DNA from: a virus
Taxonomy: Duplodnaviria; Caudoviricetes
IMG/VR virus record: IMGVR_UViG_3300049173_000004
Span: 1 to 25,565 of that record
Direction: 5' to 3' (one strand)
DNA length: 25,565 bases
Every line of letters starts with the position of its first letter. The first letter of the stretch is position 1. Positions 16,962 to 23,803 of the stretch are shown here, piece by piece. The notes under the pieces were generated by a model. It was not told the DNA's origin and made no database searches. It saw only the letters and a list, made by a program, of their open reading frames with translations. The position numbers and the translations under genes are program-made.

Positions 16962-18704
16962 ATGGCACAAGTGGCTTCTGGGCAAATCACGCTCACAGAT
17001 TTAAACGATTCAAAACAATTGGTGATGTATATTGGTGCATCACAATCTCGAACAGTAATTTTTAATGGAGTATCTACATATGCTCCAAACTATGCAAGTA
17101 CAAACCAAATTCTAACACCTCAATTATTTATTGCAGGAACAACGACAGATGTATCCGCTCAATCTACATCTACTAAATGGTTCGTACAAGTAAATGGCTC
17201 TGGAACACCAACAGAGATTACAGCGACTACAACTGATTACACACTAGGTGTAGGAGCACCTAAGACATTAACTCTTAAGACAAACTTACTAACCAGTAAC
17301 ACATCAATGACTTATATTTGTGAAATGCAATATCCAGACCCTTCAACTGGATTCACTGTAACAGCTAAAGCAGAAATTGAGATTGTTAAAGTAACGAATG
17401 GTACGAATGGTGCAAATGCTATTACAGCAGTTCTAACAAACGATGCAGATTCGGTTGGTGCGGATTCTTCTGGTGGTAGCCAAATTATCACAGGTGTATC
17501 TTCTACTATTACAGTTTATGAAGGTGCAACAGATGTAACAAGTTTATGGAGTATGGGTACTCCTGTAGTAACAGGTTTAGGAGCTTTAAATACAGCATAT
17601 ACATTAACTGGTGCACCTGCAAATAGAACATTTACCTTAACAGGAACAAATCCAATGACAGCAGATGTAGCAACAGTTACATGGACATTGACTCGTAGTG
17701 GATACTCAAGCATTACAAAAATGTTTACAATCAATAGAATTAGAAATGGTGTAGCTGGTACATCACCAACTATTTATCGTTTAATTCCAAGCACGAATGC
17801 GTTTCAGCAAAACATCTCTGGAGTATTTACTCCAACGACTCTTACGGTTACTGGTAAATCACAGACTGGTACAGGCGCATATGGTAACTATGCGGGTAAG
17901 TTTATGATTTTTGAATCAACAGATGGAACTAACTTTGGTACAGCTAAGTACACAACAGGTGCAACAGATGAATCATCAAAAGTCTACACTCCTTCTGCAA
18001 CAAATGTTAAAGCTATCAAGGTTCAAATGTATCTGGCTGGAGGAACAACTACACTACTTGATGAGCAAATTATCCCTGTAGTTAAAGATGGTGCAACTGG
18101 TGCAGTAGGTAATGACTCACTGTATGCAAATGTTTGGACTCCAGATGGTAACACGGTTCGTAACTCACAAGGTAGTTTAACGGTTGAAGTTGACCTATTC
18201 AAAGGCGCTGGTCAAGTTACTCCATCAGCATTTAAATGGTACATCCAAGACCCAACAGCAACAACCGCTTCTGGTGGAGACACAGATGGTGGAGATGGTT
18301 GGAGACTATTAACATCAACTTATAACGTGGGTATTACAGGCTATACAGCGGATAAGATTACTGTTCCTGCTTCTGCTATTGCTGGAGTAGAATCATTCAA
18401 ATCTGTCGTTACATACAGCTCTGCAAAGTATAGTGGAGTAGCAACTGTAATTGATGTAAGTGACCCTATCATGGTTCGTATCGATGGAATTAACGTCTTC
18501 AAGAATGGTCAAGGTACAACAACGCTGACAGCAACATTACTTCGTAACGGTGAAGTATTAAGTCCAACTGGATACACATTTGCATGGTCAATCTATAATG
18601 CAAGTAATGTTAAGACAGCATTTACAGCTAGTACACAAACAATTACAGTCAATGCCTCAGACGTTGCGGGTAAAGCAAATGTTGTCTGTGAAGTATCGAA
18701 ATAA
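16962..18704 (+). CDS. Tail fibre segment made of about five tandem Ig-like beta-sandwich domains
   Basis: 580 aa, Thr/Gly/Ser-rich and beta-strand patterned. Domains are separated by short collagen-like linkers (NGTNGAN, NGVAGT, DGATGAVGND). It lies between Tal and the large fibre gene. Confidence 0.75.
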   Translation: MAQVASGQITLTDLNDSKQLVMYIGASQSRTVIFNGVSTYAPNYASTNQILTPQLFIAGTTTDVSAQSTSTKWFVQVNGSGTPTEITATTTDYTLGVGAPKTLTLKTNLLTSNTSMTYICEMQYPDPSTGFTVTAKAEIEIVKVTNGTNGANAITAVLTNDADSVGADSSGGSQIITGVSSTITVYEGATDVTSLWSMGTPVVTGLGALNTAYTLTGAPANRTFTLTGTNPMTADVATVTWTLTRSGYSSITKMFTINRIRNGVAGTSPTIYRLIPSTNAFQQNISGVFTPTTLTVTGKSQTGTGAYGNYAGKFMIFESTDGTNFGTAKYTTGATDESSKVYTPSATNVKAIKVQMYLAGGTTTLLDEQIIPVVKDGATGAVGNDSLYANVWTPDGNTVRNSQGSLTVEVDLFKGAGQVTPSAFKWYIQDPTATTASGGDTDGGDGWRLLTSTYNVGITGYTADKITVPASAIAGVESFKSVVTYSSAKYSGVATVIDVSDPIMVRIDGINVFKNGQGTTTLTATLLRNGEVLSPTGYTFAWSIYNASNVKTAFTASTQTITVNASDVAGKANVVCEVSK

Positions 18705-18715
18705 CCGCACAGAAA

Positions 18716-18744
18716 TTGACAAATACTAAAAATAATGATATAAT
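18716..18744 (+). promoter_or_regulatory. Consensus sigma-A promoter (copy 2)
   Basis: TTGACA (18716-18721), 17-bp spacer, TATAAT (18739-18744), with extended -10 TG. It matches copy 1 at 35 of 37 positions over 18709-18745. Confidence 0.85.
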
Positions 18745-18758
18745 ATAAGTATGGAAAT

Positions 18759-18793
18759 GAAGGAGAGCTTTTGGATGAAGGCTCTCTTTTCTT
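18759..18793 (+). terminator. Probable intrinsic terminator
   Basis: Stem GAGAGCTTT/AAGGCTCTC (18763-18771/18778-18786, one G-U pair), loop TGGATG, followed by TTTTCTT. Confidence 0.65.
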
Positions 18794-18824
18794 AGATACG
18801 AGGGAAATAAAGGAGTAAAGAGAT

Positions 18825-21800
18825 ATGGCAGATATGTTTAATAACTATGCCGAACTGTCAGCGGTCTATGTCGAAGGTACAGACTATAGAGTCACACTTA
18901 CTAAAAAGATTAAAGACATTGGTATTACCGCTTATCACGGTGGCGGTATAGAGATTGGTTCTACTGAATTAATGCAATATATCTACGAGAAGAAAACAAC
19001 TTGGTCATGGTATGGCTTTGAAGGCTTGTTATCCGCTGACAATAGCAATTTACATATCACATCGACTCACTATGATGAGCCTAGAGGGATGGACTTTGTT
19101 AGCTATGTAAATAGAGCGGTTTCACTTCATGGAGCAAGTGGAACAGACCCTATCACTTACATTGGTGGTATGGATGTTATTACAAAAGCTTTCATTAAAT
19201 CTAGACTTGAAGCAAAAGGTTTCGTAGTAACATCTGCATCTACTGAAAGTGGTATAGCAGGAGAGACGGTAGAAAACTTTGTGAATAGACCACCAAAAGG
19301 TGGGGTTCAACTAGAAATGTCTACTCAGTTAAGGAAGAGTTTCTTTCTTAATGATGACTGGTCAAAAACAGCTAGGTCAAACAAAGCAAATTGGACACAA
19401 AAACTGAAAGACTATGGCGATGCAGTCATGGAAGGGATTGAGATGGCGTTGGCTTTAAAAACGATTGGAACAGGTCAATTAACCTTATCAGACTTAAATG
19501 ATGCAATTATCAGTGGGACAGCACCAGTTAATCCTACTGTGGGTACACTATGGATAGATACAAATGGAGCAATAAATATTCTTAAAGAGTGGAATGGAAA
19601 CGCTTGGATTAGTCGAGGCGATTTAGACCCTCAAATGGGTACGAAAATTGACAGCATTCAAACTACTTTAGGAAACATGGCGAATGATGACAAGATAGAT
19701 ATTCAAGAGAGAAGAATATTGAAAGATAAGCTAACAGAAATTCTTGGTACTGTAATGAGTGATACAGCTACGACAATGCCTACAACAGCCACACTAGACA
19801 GTAGTGGTAAGGGTAGTTTTTATCAAGTACGGAAATCGGCACTGCTCGTTGGTATTTCAACAGGCGATACAAAGTACTTAAACGTAGCCACACAATACAA
19901 TAACTTGAAAACATATCTAGAAGGTTTAACACCTGTGGAAGTTTGGGACGTTCGAGCCGTAAATAAAGATGTTGTTATTAATGTTACGAAGGCTACATTC
20001 AGAGATAAATGGCTACAGTATTTTAATGCAGTCAATGATTTACTTAATGCAATTGATGAAAAGCAAAAGGCAAATGTTGATAATATCGAAATTGGTCACA
20101 CCAACTATGGAAGTAATGGCAACTTTGAAATGGACATTACAACGTCATTGTGGAAGGATTCTTATACTGGTCAATTAAAAGAAGTGGTCGACATTGGAAC
20201 AGAAACACCACCTCATAAATTTGCATACCATGTGAAAAATACAACAAATGCAAATGGAGGTATTTTTACTCCAACATTGTTTAGTGGAGCTGTAGCAAAT
20301 AACCTACTTGGAAAAGAAATCACAGTTTCTTTCTGGCTCAAGTATACGGGAATTGTTGTAGGAGCTAATAGTTGGAATAATGGTCGATTTGGAGAAATCA
20401 TTATCAGTGCTAAAAAAGCAGATGCCTCAATGATTTACACTTATCCAGCAGTATTAAATGTAAGCGGTAGCAATGCTGGATGGGTCAAGTATTCGAAAAC
20501 AATTAAGATTGATATGCCAACAGGTGGAACAGAAATTACAAACATCCAATTCAAACACGGTATGGAAGGTTGTACAGGCGAATTTTGGACAACAGGAATT
20601 AAGATTGAGTTCGGTAACAAGGTTACAGATTGGAGTCAAAGTCCATTAGACTTACAACAGCGATTAACAAGTGTTGAGTTTAAGGTTTCTGATAACGAAA
20701 TCATTTCTAAAGTGACATCTAGTAGCAAATATATGACAGACTTCCAAGCGGTTAATACAAGAATTGATATGGCTGGTTCGGCTGGAGTTAACCTAGTCGA
20801 TGGGTCAGAGTTTAAAACATTACCTCTGTCTTGGAATGGAGCGGGATTACTATTAGTCGAAGGTGCAAGTGGTCAACCTAACTCATTAATTGTAAGCAAA
20901 CCCGCTGGTGGAGCATCGTATGCATTCACTCTATACGGAACATCAATGTTTAAGAAAGATGAGTATTATACAATTTCTTTCGAGGCAAAAACAGATGGAA
21001 CGCTAGACCAATTCAACTACATATACCTTCGAGGCAACGGTGTATCAAACTATCAAGTACCAACATCTATTACGATTGATAAAACGAATACGACAGGATT
21101 TGTATTCTATAGTGTAACGGTCAAAGCACCATACGATTTTCCAGCGAATGCAGGAATCATGATAGGAACAAATGGACAGACAGCACCATTTGAAATTAGA
21201 AAACCACAGATTGAACGTGGTGGGAAAGCATCAGATTGGAAATCATCTAATACAGACCGCTCAAATGCTTTAGGAGCTTCAATGGATGCAAGCAGTATGG
21301 TTACTAACTCAACTTTCTATAAGTGGGGTGGAACACACTCTAAATACCCAACAGGCATGACGCATTGGACTGGTACATTCTATGGTCAACGTGAATTGAC
21401 ATTAACTAAGAATGGTGGAAATGCTTTACGATTCCAGAACACAGGGACAAATGACGCAGGAGCAAACCTTAGTACTGGATTCTTTAAACCAAATTTAGCT
21501 AATACAAAGTATCTAATGGTCGAAGTTGATTTCTATGTTAACAGCGGAACAGACTTAACAGCATCGGGAATCTTGATTGACTGGCTATCTAATGGAAGTA
21601 TAAGAAGGCAACACAGGCTTCAAGATATGGTCAACGAAACGATTGTAACAGGTAAATGGTATTCTGGTCGAAAACTATTTGTCAGACCTACAGATACCGT
21701 CACAGGCTTTACAGGAGCAATGAGTGGATACATAATGGCTAACTGGGCTACTCTTGGAACAAAAGCAGATAAAGACATTATCTTTGATAGACTATCAGTT

Positions 21801-23774
21801 AGAGAGGCAACAGTCGAAGAGATTAAAGCATATAGTGCAGATGCAACAATCGCTGATATGATGAGCGATATGAAGATTACTCCAGTTGAAAAGAGTACAT
21901 TAAAACAAACATGGGACAACATTAAATCAGAGTATGCAATTTTAGTAGCTCAAGCGCAAGCAACGGCTGTTACATATTCTGTATACAATAATGCTTATAC
22001 AGTATTAAACGGCTCAACCCCTAAAATTGAATCCGAAATTTTGGCTTCAATGACTACAACATATACCTTCGCTTCAACAACAGCTCGTGACACATTTAAA
22101 ACTCAATTAAACACATATTATAACGAAGCTTTACGATTAAGAAAAACGATTGATGATGTACTTGCTAGTCCTAAGAACTTAATTCTCAATTCAACATTTA
22201 ACCGAAAAGATGACGCAGGAGCTTTAACAAGCTGGAACAATGTCAATGCAGTATGGAAAGTTATTGACCCAGAATCAGATAAACCAACAAGCAATATTTT
22301 AAAAGCCACAGCAACAGGAAATACAACAAATCCTATTTACTCAGCTCATTCAAACTGGTTTACAGTCAAGCAAGGAGATATCTTCACTTTCGCAATTGAC
22401 TTCAAGGTAACAAGTGCTACAGCATGGGATGTTAAAAATCCATTCATCATTGAGTTTTGGGATAGTGCTACAACCTCTACTCGTGTCCAATATCAAGACG
22501 TTTCCGCTACGAATCTAGGAGTCACTACAGTAGCAGATAACACTTGGTATCGCGGTTCAATCACTGTACAAGTGACAAGTGCCACAGCTACCAGAGGAAG
22601 AATCAGATTAGGATTATTTAAGAATGGTGAGCTATTTATCCGTGAGGTGCAAGTACAACGTGGACATAAAGCTACTGATTATCAATATGCACCAGAAGAT
22701 ACATATGAGCAAATCAACTTGATTCAAGAACAGGTCAATCAAGCAATGACGCAGATTACGTCAGATGCGATTATCGACACAGTAACAAAAGGAATTAACT
22801 TTGATGCTTATGCATTAGCAGATAAGCTAGGAGACTATGCAACAAACACTGACCTTGATGGTGCAGTTTCGGATACTTTAAATGAAGTAGATAACAAGAT
22901 TAAAGCAATCGATTATTCAGATTATGTAACACAATCACAGTTTACGAGAACAGCATCAGACATCACAGCCAAGTTTAAATCTAGTGGCGGTATCAATATG
23001 CTACGAAACTCTGTTGGGTTCTCATATCTAGACTTCTGGACAATAAGTGGAGCGGTTGAAACGACAACCAATCGAGAGCTTGAAGGACTAGGATATACGA
23101 GTGGATTCATGTTTAGACAAGGTGTAGCGGGATACATTGAGCAAAATGTTTATACGGTTGTAGGTCAACAATACACAGTCTCATTCTTACTAAATAAAAC
23201 AAAAGACAATACAACTAACAACTATGCTGGAATGGATATCTACGATGCAAACGGTGGCAAGTTGATATTCACAGGTTTAGGAACAGGTTTAACATCTGGA
23301 TATGATTTATATTCATTCACATTTGTAGCACCTACCGCTTTTGTGAAAATTAGATTTACAGTCGGGTCAAATGCAGAAGCAATCATTACAGGAGCTATGT
23401 GCAACATTGGCGACCAACCTCTTCAATGGAGCATGCATCCACAAGAGATTTACAATACGAATATCAGAATGGATTTGAACGGTATTCGTGTCACACAAAT
23501 CGATTCTACGGATGCAAGTAATCCAATCCAAATTGGTTACACAGTTATGACTCCAGATAAGTTTGCTGGATACTACGATGTCAACGGTGACGGTGTAATT
23601 GATAGCTCGAAAGGTTCAATCGATGAAGTCTTTCGAATGGATAAAGATGAGTTTGTGATGAAGAAGGCTAACGTCAAAGAAGAGATTACGATGGGAACGA
23701 TTAAAGTAATCAAAATCGACACGGCAGGAAGTCCATATGTCGGATGGGCGTTTGTAAGTAATCAAACTAGTTAA
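18825..23774 (+). CDS. Large tail fibre / receptor-binding protein with N-terminal poly-gamma-glutamate hydrolase (PghP/DUF867-like) domain and about five CBM-like domains
   Basis: Residues ~1-205 carry PghP-family motifs (YHGGGIEIG, LHITSTHYDEP, VSLHG, GGVQLEMSTQLR). Then come TAPVNPTVGTLWIDT, helical bundles, repeated N(L/M)xxNSxF...E/QxGxKxxDW/Y CBM_4_9-like units, and a Tal-type C-terminus (EIYNTNIRMDLNGIRV...GWAFV). RBS AAGGAG. Confidence 0.88.
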   Translation: MADMFNNYAELSAVYVEGTDYRVTLTKKIKDIGITAYHGGGIEIGSTELMQYIYEKKTTWSWYGFEGLLSADNSNLHITSTHYDEPRGMDFVSYVNRAVSLHGASGTDPITYIGGMDVITKAFIKSRLEAKGFVVTSASTESGIAGETVENFVNRPPKGGVQLEMSTQLRKSFFLNDDWSKTARSNKANWTQKLKDYGDAVMEGIEMALALKTIGTGQLTLSDLNDAIISGTAPVNPTVGTLWIDTNGAINILKEWNGNAWISRGDLDPQMGTKIDSIQTTLGNMANDDKIDIQERRILKDKLTEILGTVMSDTATTMPTTATLDSSGKGSFYQVRKSALLVGISTGDTKYLNVATQYNNLKTYLEGLTPVEVWDVRAVNKDVVINVTKATFRDKWLQYFNAVNDLLNAIDEKQKANVDNIEIGHTNYGSNGNFEMDITTSLWKDSYTGQLKEVVDIGTETPPHKFAYHVKNTTNANGGIFTPTLFSGAVANNLLGKEITVSFWLKYTGIVVGANSWNNGRFGEIIISAKKADASMIYTYPAVLNVSGSNAGWVKYSKTIKIDMPTGGTEITNIQFKHGMEGCTGEFWTTGIKIEFGNKVTDWSQSPLDLQQRLTSVEFKVSDNEIISKVTSSSKYMTDFQAVNTRIDMAGSAGVNLVDGSEFKTLPLSWNGAGLLLVEGASGQPNSLIVSKPAGGASYAFTLYGTSMFKKDEYYTISFEAKTDGTLDQFNYIYLRGNGVSNYQVPTSITIDKTNTTGFVFYSVTVKAPYDFPANAGIMIGTNGQTAPFEIRKPQIERGGKASDWKSSNTDRSNALGASMDASSMVTNSTFYKWGGTHSKYPTGMTHWTGTFYGQRELTLTKNGGNALRFQNTGTNDAGANLSTGFFKPNLANTKYLMVEVDFYVNSGTDLTASGILIDWLSNGSIRRQHRLQDMVNETIVTGKWYSGRKLFVRPTDTVTGFTGAMSGYIMANWATLGTKADKDIIFDRLSVREATVEEIKAYSADATIADMMSDMKITPVEKSTLKQTWDNIKSEYAILVAQAQATAVTYSVYNNAYTVLNGSTPKIESEILASMTTTYTFASTTARDTFKTQLNTYYNEALRLRKTIDDVLASPKNLILNSTFNRKDDAGALTSWNNVNAVWKVIDPESDKPTSNILKATATGNTTNPIYSAHSNWFTVKQGDIFTFAIDFKVTSATAWDVKNPFIIEFWDSATTSTRVQYQDVSATNLGVTTVADNTWYRGSITVQVTSATATRGRIRLGLFKNGELFIREVQVQRGHKATDYQYAPEDTYEQINLIQEQVNQAMTQITSDAIIDTVTKGINFDAYALADKLGDYATNTDLDGAVSDTLNEVDNKIKAIDYSDYVTQSQFTRTASDITAKFKSSGGINMLRNSVGFSYLDFWTISGAVETTTNRELEGLGYTSGFMFRQGVAGYIEQNVYTVVGQQYTVSFLLNKTKDNTTNNYAGMDIYDANGGKLIFTGLGTGLTSGYDLYSFTFVAPTAFVKIRFTVGSNAEAIITGAMCNIGDQPLQWSMHPQEIYNTNIRMDLNGIRVTQIDSTDASNPIQIGYTVMTPDKFAGYYDVNGDGVIDSSKGSIDEVFRMDKDEFVMKKANVKEEITMGTIKVIKIDTAGSPYVGWAFVSNQTS

Positions 23775-23803
23775 AGATTTTAGAATAAAAGGAGTGTTGA
23801 TAA

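Noticed and set aside
13709-18745. 37-bp direct repeats as recombinase sites for a shufflon or excision
   Set aside because: They are in direct orientation, so recombination would delete the essential Tal. Their sequence is well explained as promoters, and I saw no inverted tail-fibre cassettes.
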